Of a stretch of 64,000 nucleotides of DNA, positions 1-22,250 are shown in pieces; the stretch's first letter is position 1, and each line of letters starts with the position of its first letter. The notes beneath the pieces were generated by a model that saw only the letters and a list, made by a program, of their open reading frames with translations, was not told where the DNA came from and searched no databases. This stretch comes from the human T2T-CHM13v2.0 reference genome, Homo sapiens. The DNA is taken from assembly GCF_009914755.1 (NCBI RefSeq), contig NC_060943.1, one strand, 5' to 3'. A program made the translations under genes and the position numbers.

Positions 1-6215
<6,215 letters not shown>

Positions 6216-6781
6216 TTAACGATAATTAGTAATGAGACAACGGACACTCCTGTTTGCTGGGCCCGCCGCAGTGCCAGCTCGGTAACCCCCACCACTCGGA
6301 GAAGAGGCCACACTTACTATCCCATTTTACAGAAGGGGAAACTGAGGCATGGAAGCATGAAATAACCTGCCCAGGTGGCGCCGTCCGCACACGGAGGAGG
6401 CAGGAACGGAACACGCGCCGCCTCCTCGCCCTCCACCAACACGGACCCCAGGGGCGCACCCTGGGTCCCCGGGTCCCTGTGCGGGCCGGGGTGACACACG
6501 GCTGACCCCCGCACAGACCGCCCCGCTTCCGGGTCCCCCGGGAAGGACGCGCGGGCTCCTGCTTGCCAGGTTTTAACCCACAAGGGTTGTAGGGATTTAC
6601 CCAAAGGAGAGCAAGGAGCCGGGTCTGCCCGGAAAGGCAGGGGGCGCGGACAAGCCCAGAGGGCGAGTGGGGCCGGGCGTGCGGCAGGGACCAGGCTGGA
6701 GCGCATGGCCACGTGGGTGAACCCCGACCCGCGGACAGGGGCCCAGGACCCTCTGGCGGGAGGCTCCATGGCTGGCACCTC

Positions 6782-7527
6782 GGGGCCCGGGGAGTGGGGG
6801 GGCAGACCCGGGAGTGGGGGCGCGGCCCCGGGGAGGTGGGGGGGGGGGTGGACCAGGGAGTTGGGGGGCGGACTGGGGAGGTGGGGGGACGGACCCGGGA
6901 GTGTGGGGGGCGGACCAGGGAGTTGGGGGACTGACCGGGGAGTGGGGGGACAGACCCGGGAGTGGGGGCGCGGCCCCGGGGAGGTGGGGGGGGTGGACCA
7001 GGGAGTTGGGGGGCGGACTGGGGAGTGGGGGGACAGACCCGGGAGTCGGGGCGTGGGCCAGGGCAGTGGGGGGGTCGGACAGAGGAGTTGGGGGGCGGGC
7101 CCGGGAGTGGGGGCGCGGACCCGGGAGTGGGGGCGAAGACCAGAGAGTAGGGGCACGGACCAGGGAGTTGGGGGGTGGAACCGAGGAGTTGGGGGGCTGA
7201 CCCGAGGAGTTGCGGGGCGGACCCAGGAATGGGGGCAAGAACCAGGGGAGTGGGGGGGTGGAGCAGGGAGTGGGGGGACGGACCCAGGAGTGGGGGCGTG
7301 GATCAGGGCAGTGGGGGGGCGCGGACCCGGGAGTGGGGGGAGTCGGACCCGGGAAGTGGGGGCGCGGACCGGAGAGTGGGGGCACGGACCGAGGAGTTGG
7401 GGGGCGGACCCGGAGAGTGAGGGGGTGGACCCGGGAATGGAGGCGCGGACCAGTGCAGTGGGGGGGCGGACCGGGGAGTGGGGCGCGGACCGGGGATTAG
7501 GGGGCGGACCGGGGAGTAGGGGGCGGA
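6782..7527. repeat. G-rich minisatellite, unit about 20-21 bp (GGACCCGGGAGTGGGGGCGC-like), in R3HDM4 intron 1
   Basis: Roughly 35 degenerate copies visible; it explains the Pro-rich and Gly/Trp-rich pseudo-ORFs. Confidence 0.92.
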
Positions 7528-7823
7528 ACAGGTAAATGGGGACGTGGATCCGGGTCCCCTCCCCCAGCGAGCCCCCGGAGCGCCAGGAGGGTGTCCCCGC
7601 TGAGTAACAATGAAGACCCCCCACCCAGCCTGGGGGTCCACAGCGGGCGAGAAGGGAAGGCAGGACAGGCTGAAGCCCCGGAAGATGAGCAACGGGAGCG
7701 AGGGGAACGAAGGGAACGAGGGGAGGGAAGGGAAAGGAGGGGAGGGGAGGCGGGGAGAGGATCTCAGGGGAGGGAGCCCAGCCCCCCCCCCGGCGCCCGC
7801 CGCGCCCCGCCCGCCCGCGCTCA

Positions 7824-8279
<456 letters not shown>

Positions 8280-8587
8280 CTACACCCAGAAATCTAGCTC
8301 CGGGAAGGAGGGACACCTAGGCGAGGGGTCGAAAACTCAACCACAACCCTGCGTCCCGATCCGGGCTGCGGACTGAGCCAGGAATCCAGCCCAGGGAGGC
8401 GAGGAGACACGGACAGGGAAACTAAGGCCTGAGCATCGACGAGGGAGGGGACGTTCTTCTTGGAGGCAGAGGATGGCGGAAATTAAAACTGCCCGAGCCT
8501 TCCTTCCACCTGCCCCTCCCAGCCCTGGAGCCTCGGCTAGGCAACCCCTTCCCCTGCTTAGCCTCAGTTTACTCTTCTCTAAAATTA

Positions 8588-11455
<2,868 letters not shown>

Positions 11456-12042
11456 GTAATAATAATAATAATAATGAGGCTGTGGCGTTTGCAAGGTGCC
11501 CTCCACCTGGTTCCCGCTGCTAGTGTCCCTGCGGGTATCAGACACCCCTTGTCAGTCATGTGGGACACATTCAGTCCCAAACCACCAGATCGGGGACGTC
11601 CCTCACCTGCCCTGAACTTTCCATGGCTCTCCAGGGTCCTGGGGACAAACCCAAGCTATCCTCACTCAGGGTCTCCGCTGAGGGCTGGCCTCCCCGCCAG
11701 GCTGGGCCCACCCCCTGGAGCCCCAGCCCCTACGAGGGTCAAAGCCCTTCCCATATTCACAGGCCTTAGAGTTCGCGCCTTGGCTGGGCTCCTAGTCCGG
11801 GCTGAGCGTCTACTCGCTGGTTAAGGTCGGTCCTTCCAGGTCCACAGCGGCCTCCACGCGGCCCACCCCCTGCCTGCTCCGCCCCCTCCAGCCCCCTCCC
11901 GCGCTCTCACTCCGACCTTGCACCGGGAGGAGGGAATAGGGGGGTTGCCGCTGGGTGAATAGAGGGCGCGTGGGCAGGGGAGGGAGTGGCGAGCGGCTGC
12001 CGGAGAGGCGGGAAGGCAAGGCCAGGGGAGGGGGGCACGGGC

Positions 12043-12048
12043 TATAAA
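12043..12048 (+). promoter_or_regulatory. KISS1R: KISS1R TATA box
   Basis: GCTATAAACG about 200 nt upstream of the ATG in otherwise GC-rich sequence, with GC boxes upstream. Confidence 0.75.
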
Positions 12049-12139
12049 CGCTCGGCCGCAGCGGCGCCGGCAGAGGAGCCGCCGAGCCCAGCACAGCTGC
12101 CCTCTGGACCCTGCGGACCCCAGCCGAGCCCCTTCCTGA

Positions 12140-12829
<690 letters not shown>

Positions 12830-13167
12830 TAGTTTGCGACCCCTGCCCCGGTGGCTCTCTGAGCCTGTTTATGCATTTGTGTCCTGGGGTCCCCTATCAC
12901 ACACAGCTGTGAGCCCAGTCGGTGGCTGCTGGGCCGGCACCATTGTCTCCAGTTTGCAGTTGTGGAAACTGAGGCTCAGAGGGTCAGGGGCCTGCTTAGG
13001 CTCCCCCAGCCCGGACAGGGCCCAGCAGAACCGATTTCTGCCGGAATGGCCAGGAAATCCGAGCCGGAGGCGTAATGTTTGAGATGTAAGGGGGAATTAC
13101 TAGAAGGCGCCCCAACTTCTCCGCCCGAGGAGGCCAGGGGCGCTGGGGGGGGGGGGGGCCTCCCTGA

Positions 13168-13775
<608 letters not shown>

Positions 13776-14228
13776 CCTTGGGCGGGGCGCGAGGCAACGC
13801 ATAGGAGAACCAGGGGCTGGGGTGCCCAGCTTGCGGGAAGGGGCTGGGCGGTGGTGCAGCCTAGAACTGGAGTGGGGGGCGGGAATGGGGGAGGGATGCA
13901 GACGGGGACCCGGGTCACTGGTGAGGAAGGGCTACTGAGGCCCTGAGGCTTCTTGCCCCGCCTGTCCCTCCATCCCACGCAGCCCCCCTGTCTCAGACTC
14001 GGGGTATCAGCCGCCCCCCAAGGGCTCCCTCACTTCCCCAATCCTCCTGCCCTCCTCTCCCAGTCTCCCCACCTTCTGTCCCCTCAACCCGCACTGGACA
14101 CTCCTCCCAGGACACTTCCCGTGTATGTGCCTGAGTGTTCGCACACGTAGGGGGATCAGCAGGGCGGGCGGACAGGGCAGGCTCCCAACCGCGCAGGTGG
14201 CCACACGCCCGGCTGGCGGCTCCCGCAG

Positions 14229-14364
14229 GTCTCGGTGCAGGCCACGTGTGCCACTCTGACCGCCATGAGTGTGGACCGCTGGTACGTGACGGTGTTCCCG
14301 TTGCGCGCCCTGCACCGCCGCACGCCCCGCCTGGCGCTGGCTGTCAGCCTCAGCATCTGGGTAG
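14229..14364 (+). CDS. KISS1R: KISS1R exon 3, 136 nt, TM3 with DRW motif to TM4
   Basis: CGCAG|GTCTCG; [45 protein letters not shown]; G|GTGAGT donor. Confidence 0.98.
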
Positions 14365-14612
14365 GTGAGTACAGCTCAGGGGCCTCACGGGAGAAGGCGG
14401 ACACGTCCTAGTGCCCTGGGCGCCCGGAGCCACCTGCCGCCTCGGTCCAGCATCTGGAAAATGGGCGCAATAGCTCTGCCTGCCTAGGGCCAGCGAGGCT
14501 GCAGACGGGGCGCCCGGGCCTTTGCAGGGTGGCTGGGTGAACGCCTCCCGGGGAGGCACGTGGGGGACCGCTGGTTCCCCGAGCGGGGTCTTCATCCTGG
14601 CTTGTGGCACAG

Positions 14613-14845
14613 GCTCTGCGGCGGTGTCTGCGCCGGTGCTCGCCCTGCACCGCCTGTCACCCGGGCCGCGCGCCTACTGCAGTGAGGCCTTCCCCAGCCG
14701 CGCCCTGGAGCGCGCCTTCGCACTGTACAACCTGCTGGCGCTGTACCTGCTGCCGCTGCTCGCCACCTGCGCCTGCTATGCGGCCATGCTGCGCCACCTG
14801 GGCCGGGTCGCCGTGCGCCCCGCGCCCGCCGATAGCGCCCTGCAG
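14613..14845 (+). CDS. KISS1R: KISS1R exon 4, 233 nt, ECL2, TM5, start of ICL3
   Basis: CACAG| acceptor; [15 protein letters not shown]...[34 protein letters not shown]; CAG|GTGCGC donor. Confidence 0.98.
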
Positions 14846-15028
14846 GTGCGCGGCGTGGGTGGGAGGACAGCAAGGCTGGGCGGGCGGGGAGGCACCGTGG
14901 TGGGAGGCGCCGGTGGGGGCATCTGCGCGGGCAGGGACAGCCCAAGGGGTCCAGGAGGGGCGGTGCGAGGGGATGAGCTGAGCCGGGCCCCAGCCTTTCG
15001 TCTAACCACCTTCACGGCACCCCCCCAG

Positions 15029-15487
15029 GGGCAGGTGCTGGCAGAGCGCGCAGGCGCCGTGCGGGCCAAGGTCTCGCGGCTGGTGGCGGCCGTGGTCCTG
15101 CTCTTCGCCGCCTGCTGGGGCCCCATCCAGCTGTTCCTGGTGCTGCAGGCGCTGGGCCCCGCGGGCTCCTGGCACCCACGCAGCTACGCCGCCTACGCGC
15201 TTAAGACCTGGGCTCACTGCATGTCCTACAGCAACTCCGCGCTGAACCCGCTGCTCTACGCCTTCCTGGGCTCGCACTTCCGACAGGCCTTCCGCCGCGT
15301 CTGCCCCTGCGCGCCGCGCCGCCCCCGCCGCCCCCGCCGGCCCGGACCCTCGGACCCCGCAGCCCCACACGCGGAGCTGCACCGCCTGGGGTCCCACCCG
15401 GCCCCCGCCAGGGCGCAGAAGCCAGGGAGCAGTGGGCTGGCCGCGCGCGGGCTGTGCGTCCTGGGGGAGGACAACGCCCCTCTCTGA
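15029..15487 (+). CDS. KISS1R: KISS1R exon 5, 459 nt coding, TM6, TM7 and C-tail
   Basis: GQVLAERAG...CWGP...NSALNPLLY...PRRPRRPRR...EDNAPL-stop; exon lengths sum to 1197 nt = 398 aa plus stop. Confidence 0.98.
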   Translation, partial: GQVLAERAGAVRAKVSRLVAAVVLLFAACWGPIQLFLVLQALGPAGSWHPRSYAAYALKTWAHCMSYSNSALNPLLYAFLGSHFRQAFRRVCPCAPRRPRRPRRPGPSDPAAPHAELHRLGSHPAPARAQKPGSSGLAARGLCVLGEDNAPL

Positions 15488-15682
15488 GCGGACCCGGTGG
15501 GAATCCGAGCGGCTCCCTCGGGAGCGGGGACTGCTGGAACAGCGGCTATTCTTCTGTTATTAGTATTTTTCTTACTGTCCAAGATCAACTGTGGAAATAT
15601 TTTGGTCTCTTGTGACGTTCGGTGCAGTTTCGTTGTGAAGTTTGCTATTGATATTGAAATTATGACTTCTGTGTTTCCTGAA

Positions 15683-15688
15683 ATTAAA
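15683..15688 (+). terminator. KISS1R: Probable KISS1R polyadenylation signal ATTAAA
   Basis: ATTAAA about 200 nt after the stop in an AT-rich 3'UTR, with U/GU-rich sequence downstream. Confidence 0.65.
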
Positions 15689-15759
15689 CATGTGTCAACA
15701 CAGGACTTTCTGGATCATTCCAGAAAGTGTCAGACGTTTTCTCATTGTCTTGTAGTTGA

Positions 15760-15966
<207 letters not shown>

Positions 15967-16119
15967 TAATAGAGACGGGGTTTCTCCATGTTGGCCAGGC
16001 TGGTCTCGATTTTCCTGACCTTAAGTGATCCCCATGCCTCTGTCTCCCAAAGTGCTGGGATTACGGGCGTGAGCCACCGCGCCCGGGGCCTCATCCCACT
16101 TTTAGAGAGACTAAAATGT

Positions 16120-16175
16120 GAAAACAGACAGTGCAAATGCCCATCAATCAACGAGCAGATAAAGAAAATGTGGCG

Positions 16176-16220
<45 letters not shown>

Positions 16221-16334
16221 AAGACTACTACTCAGCCATAAAGAGTAATGAAATGGCATTCACACAACCTGGCCGGAGTTGGAGACCACTACTCTAAGAA
16301 ACTGGAATGGGAAACCAAACATCCTATGTTCTCA
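16120..16334 (+). mobile_element. Old L1 (L1PB/L1MA-type) ORF2-end fragment interrupted by a microsatellite
   Basis: AAATGCCCATCAATCAACGAG..GATAAAGAAAATGTGG ... TACTACTCAGCCATAAA ... AAACCAAACATCCTATGTTCTCA. Confidence 0.8.
16173..16217. repeat. (GC)6(AC)16 compound microsatellite
   Basis: Read directly from the sequence. Confidence 0.95.
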
Positions 16335-16537
16335 GCCTCCTGCCTCAGCCTTCCGAGTAGCTGGGACTACAGGCGCCCGCCATCACGCCCGGCTACTTTT
16401 TTGTACATTTAGTAGAGACGGGGTTTCACCATGTTAGCCAGGATGGTCTCGATCTCCTGACCTCGTGATCGCCCGCCTCGGCCTCCCAAAGTGCTGGGAT
16501 GACAGGCCGTGAGCAAAACTCATTTTCAGGTGAGACG

Positions 16538-16553
16538 GCGCCACCTAGCGGCC
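16538..16553 (-). promoter_or_regulatory. CTCF-like motif, reverse orientation
   Basis: GCGCCACCTAGCGGCC, reverse complement GGCCGCTAGGTGGCGC, a close match to the CTCF core. Confidence 0.65.
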
Positions 16554-16621
16554 GCCGGAGCTGGCCCCGCCCCTAAGAGCCCGCCCCCCTCCCCTCCCGC
16601 CGGCCGCAGTCCCGCAGGTGC

Positions 16622-16635
16622 CCGGCAGATGGCAC
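16622..16635 (+). promoter_or_regulatory. CTCF-like motif, forward orientation
   Basis: CCGGCAGATGGCAC resembles CCASYAGRKGGCRS. Confidence 0.4.
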
Positions 16636-17006
16636 GCGCGGCCCGCGGAGGTTTCGCGCCTTCTTTTCTCGCCTCCAGAAGTCCCAGAGGTGCCCCGTGC
16701 CCAGGGCGCGGTGTCGCTCCTTCGGATCCCAACCTGGACCCCCGGTTGGAGGTATCCCCGCTGTGAAGTGGGGCAATCAGAGGCACATTGTGAATTATCC
16801 CGGTCTTAGGCACTTTACTTTTGAGGGCCCCTTCTATGAAAACGTTATTCAAAATGGTAATTTATTCTACAATATTCACCGTCAAAGAAAAAAAGAAGAA
16901 AAAGATACTTTATTCTGCTTCATGTCCTGGAAGAGGGGTAAAAATGATATTTTATATCTGCGTCAGTATAAAGAGAGATATAACAGGCTGGATTCATTAT
17001 ATATGA

Positions 17007-18034
<1,028 letters not shown>

Positions 18035-18197
18035 TAGTTTGGGCTTTTTAACCTGCAGAGCTGTGGGAGCGGGATCTGGGGGGTTTTATGAGGATGTCCC
18101 CTACCTGAGTGCAGAGTAGAGAACCGGTCCAGTGACCAGCAGGGTTGGGGGAGGATCACGCTGTTTTTGTGTGGGGGAGGTTCCCAAAGCCCCAGGC

Positions 18198-18351
18198 GCC
18201 CCCAGGAGATGGTCTGGCTGGGAAACCTTCAGAGCTAGGGCTGCTGTGCCCCCAGGAGATGGTCTGGCTGGGAAACCTTCAGAGCTGGGGCTGCTGTGCC
18301 CCCGGTAGATGGTCTGGTTAGGAAATGTTTAAAGCTGGGGCTGCTGTGCCC
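18198..18351. repeat. 50-bp tandem repeat, about 3 copies
   Basis: GCCCCCAGGAGATGGTCTGGCTGGGAAACCTTCAGAGCT(A/G)GGGCTGCTGT twice plus a diverged third copy. Confidence 0.85.
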
Positions 18352-19008
18352 AATGCACAGCTTGAGAAAGAGACTGGGAGAGGTCTGTACTGATCTAAAT
18401 CCACACTGCTGCCTACCCCTGCGGGGCATGAGGGCATCTGGAATATGGTGGAGCCAGCTAGTCTGCGTAGACATTCCCAGCTCCCTCTCTGGGCTAAAAA
18501 TAGGAGCCCCCTCACTGCAGGCAGCTGCCATCCTGCATCCCCTCACCCCCCTGCGCGGCCCCTTCGGGGGAAGCTGCAGCCAGCTACCCGGATCACAGCT
18601 TCCTCCTGGGAAACGGGTAGGGGCTCTACCCTTCCTGCCCTGGGGGTAATTATGCCCCCACCCTGTGCCCTTCCCTTTGAACAAAGGGCAGCCTAATCCA
18701 GAACAGGATGGTGAAAGGGTTGAATTAACATTGGCCCATTTTATAGAGGGATAAACTGAGGCACAGACAGGCCCATGCACCTGCCCTCCAGGTGCCTTTC
18801 GGGTCTGCTGGCCTCCAGGTGCTCCATCGTAGGTGGGAGGGACTTCCTGCACCTTCAGACCTGAGTTGGGTCCTGGCCCGAGAAGGGGGTACTCCCACAC
18901 CCCTTTATCCCGCTGCAGGGAGCGTCTCTCCAAAGCACCCCCAACCTGGGGCAGGTGTCTCAGGCCTCTCCATCGGAGATAGGGGTGGCAGCTGGGTTTG
19001 GTGTTTAA

Positions 19009-19527
<519 letters not shown>

Positions 19528-19549
19528 TAGAACCCCGCCCCCAACACTC

Positions 19550-22250
19550 AGGACCGGGGACCCGAGCCCGCCAGAGACCCTCCACAAGTGAGGGTCCCCC
19601 GGGGTGGCCCCTGCCCGCCCTCCAGGCTCCCCTGGGGCTCACGTCCGGGCTGGAGCCTGGGCCTCTGCGCTTAGCCCCCTGGGGTCGCTTCCCGCGCACA
19701 CAGCTCCCTGCAGAGCACGCGTCCCCCTCCCGACCGCCTTCCTTGCACCCCGCTCGGTGCCTCAGTTTCCTGCTCTGCGCAGTGGCGACAAGAAGGTTGC
19801 CAACTACAGAGAGGAGTGAGGGCTGGAGACGTGCAGGGACCTCCCTGGAGGGAGGCGCGGGGCACGTGGTTGGGCAAGCGACCGCTCAGACCGTGTAAGT
19901 CATCACCACCTTCACGGGGGGGTGGTGGGCAGCCGAGCTCCCGACGCTGGTGACAGCCGGGCCGGGCAGGGTCGTCCTGGTTTCACAAAGGGGCTCCGGG
20001 TCCCAGCGCGCACCTCCCCACGCCCGCGCCGAGCCCCCGTCTGCAGCCCGTCCCTCCCCAGAGGGAGGCCGGCGGGACCCTGGTTCCCTCCCTCCGACGC
20101 CGCCCGCCCAGCTCTGCACCGGGTCTTTCAAGCCCATTTCTCAGACTTGGAAACGGCGGCTCCGGAGAGTGAAGTCACTCTCTCAGGGTCTCTCCGTCTA
20201 AGGGGCGAAGGTGAAACTCCGAGTCCACGAGGCCCAGCGTAGGTGCTCCGTAAGAAGGGAAGAGTCTTGGTCCCGGATCTGGCTCCGATGCCTCCGGCCA
20301 GCCCGCCCAGGCGGAGCCCCAGTCAGTCCCCTCTTCTTCCCCCGGGGCGCTCCCGCCCCAGCCCCTGCCCCCGGCACCCTCTGCGCTTGGGGCCGCGTCG
20401 CGCACTTTGCCCACCGTCCCTAGGCCGGGGGCGGGGCCTCCCGCGGCGCTGTTCCCCTTCCCGTTTATTATTTATTATCCTTTAAAGGGGCCGCGACCTG
20501 AAAATTTCCGTCCACTCTGCCCGGCTCCCCAGCGCCCCCGGGCTGGTTGCGCGTCGTCAGACCGCGGGAGGGGGGCGAGGGGGCGTGCGGGGAAAAGTGG
20601 GGAGCCCTGGCGAGGCCCTCCCGCGCCCGGGCCGCGGCGCTGAATCACCGGCCAGGTATTTGCATCCGAGAGCGACTCGTCCCCTGGTGATTTGTCTGGG
20701 GGTGGGGGAGGGGCGGGGCGGGGGCCGGCCGCGCGCGGGGCGCCTCTTACCAATCGGGCGGAGGGGTGTAGACGCGGACGCGGCTGGCGGCTCGGTGAGT
20801 CGGCGCGCGGCACAGCCCCGTGGGTCGGGGGCCGGGAGCCAGCGGCGCGCACCGGCGGCTGGAAGCCAGGCGGGCCCGGGCAGGCCGACCCCAGGCGCGG
20901 GGCGCGCGCCCCACTACGAGCCGCCCTGCGCGGTAAGGCTGGGGGGCGCGCTGGCCGTTCCCAGCGCGGGTTCCGGTGCCGGGGTGGGCGCAGTGCGTCC
21001 TGGAAGCCAAAGAAGGGGGTCCCCAAAGTTGGGCGGAGATGTTGGTGGGGGTCCCGGACTGGGAAGGCGGCCCTGGCGGGCTGGGGTTCGGGGAGTTTTC
21101 TCTGCACCCCGCTTGGAGACTTCACTCCCCACTGGATCAATCGCTCAGGGGCGAGCAGGGGCGATCGGGGGTCGCGAGTGCGCGCCCCCCCCTCCCCAGC
21201 GGAAGGAAATGGTCTCTGCGCGCCGCGGGGGGCTGCACCCCGATATTTTATTTCATTTTTATTCTTTCTCCCCGAAATCAGGGATTTATTCGGGAGCCCA
21301 GAGAGGAGGGAGGGTAGTTCCCGGCGAGCCTCCCCAGCCGGGCTGGTTTATTTATAAAGTGTCCGCCCCAGCGCAGAGAGGGGCCCCCGGGGGAGACACC
21401 GCGGCCCCCGGGCGCCGGGGTGGGTTGGGCCCGGGCGCCCGGTTCCTCGGCGGGGATACCCAGGAAGAGCCCCCTGACCCGTTTCAGGGCCCCCCAGACA
21501 CAAAAGCGGGCGCAGGAAGCGCTGGGAGCGCGCGTTTGTCAACTCCAACGCTCGGCGCCGGCCCCGGGCGGCGGGTTCAATTATCTTCCGTTTTTAGGCG
21601 CTCGGGCTGGAGGGGTTCCCCCCCCCATGCAAATCGGCCGCTTTCCAAGAAGCCTTTGAAATCCGGACCAGGGTTTCTGTCTTCTTATTTCTTCTCCTTC
21701 TTGAGTTTTTTTCTCACTTCCTCCAGGCCCCCCCAACCCAGGACTTTCTTAGCCCCCTCCCCAGCTTTCTGCCCCGCCCCTCCCCCTCCTCTTCCCTTCG
21801 TGGAGTGAGGGGCCCCTTTCGCCACCCGCGGGCCCGGGGCCTTGCACAACTCTTTAAATAACCATGTTTTGCAAGGCCCGCGCCGAGCGGGTGACCTCTC
21901 TCCGGAGGCCTGGGGGGAGGAGGGTGTGGCCCAGGATCCCTCCGCCCCCCACCCCTGCCTGGTCCAACGACCACCCAGCGCCCCGTCCCAGCCTCTCCCT
22001 TGGGGCTGTCATAAAATGGGGGTGGGGGTCGAGGACAAAGGGCTCTTGGGGGGAGGGGTCTGAAGGGGGTGGGCGTAGCTAGTTTAGGGTTAATGGCGGC
22101 GATGGGGGGGCACCCAGCCCTGACCTAGGGGGGAATCTGGGATCCCCACCTGCCCCCTCCACCGGCCCCAACGTGGAGGTCTGTCCTGCTCCCCTCCCCC
22201 ACCCGGCGACCCGGAAGGGTCATTAAACCCAGCAGGGCTCGGAGCGGGCT
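19550..22250. promoter_or_regulatory. ARID3A: ARID3A promoter CpG island with octamer, GC boxes and CCAAT box
   Basis: ATTTGCAT 20658-20665; GGGGCGGGGCGGGG about 20710-20724; CCAAT 20750-20754; ATGCAAAT 21627-21634. Confidence 0.8.
20770..20794 (+). other. ARID3A: ARID3A short non-coding exon 1 (start approximate)
   Basis: Strong donor CTCG|GTGAGT at 20795 just downstream of GC and CCAAT boxes; exon 2 opens with a clear acceptor, so an upstream exon is required. Confidence 0.7.

Noticed and set aside
6317-7624. 435-aa Pro-rich minus ORF and overlapping 262/276-aa ORFs
   Set aside because: By-product of the G-rich VNTR; low complexity, open in several frames, no domain.
15314-15340. 9-bp PRR triplicate in the KISS1R C-tail
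   Set aside because: Real, but an already described feature of the receptor with the normal three copies.
16800-17005. AT-rich block between the CTCF-like islet and Alus
   Set aside because: Likely an old transposon fragment; I could not assign a family or function.
20585-21808. 407-aa plus-strand ORF over the ARID3A promoter
   Set aside because: Non-ATG start, stop-poor CpG island, no recognisable protein, and it crosses the exon 1 donor.
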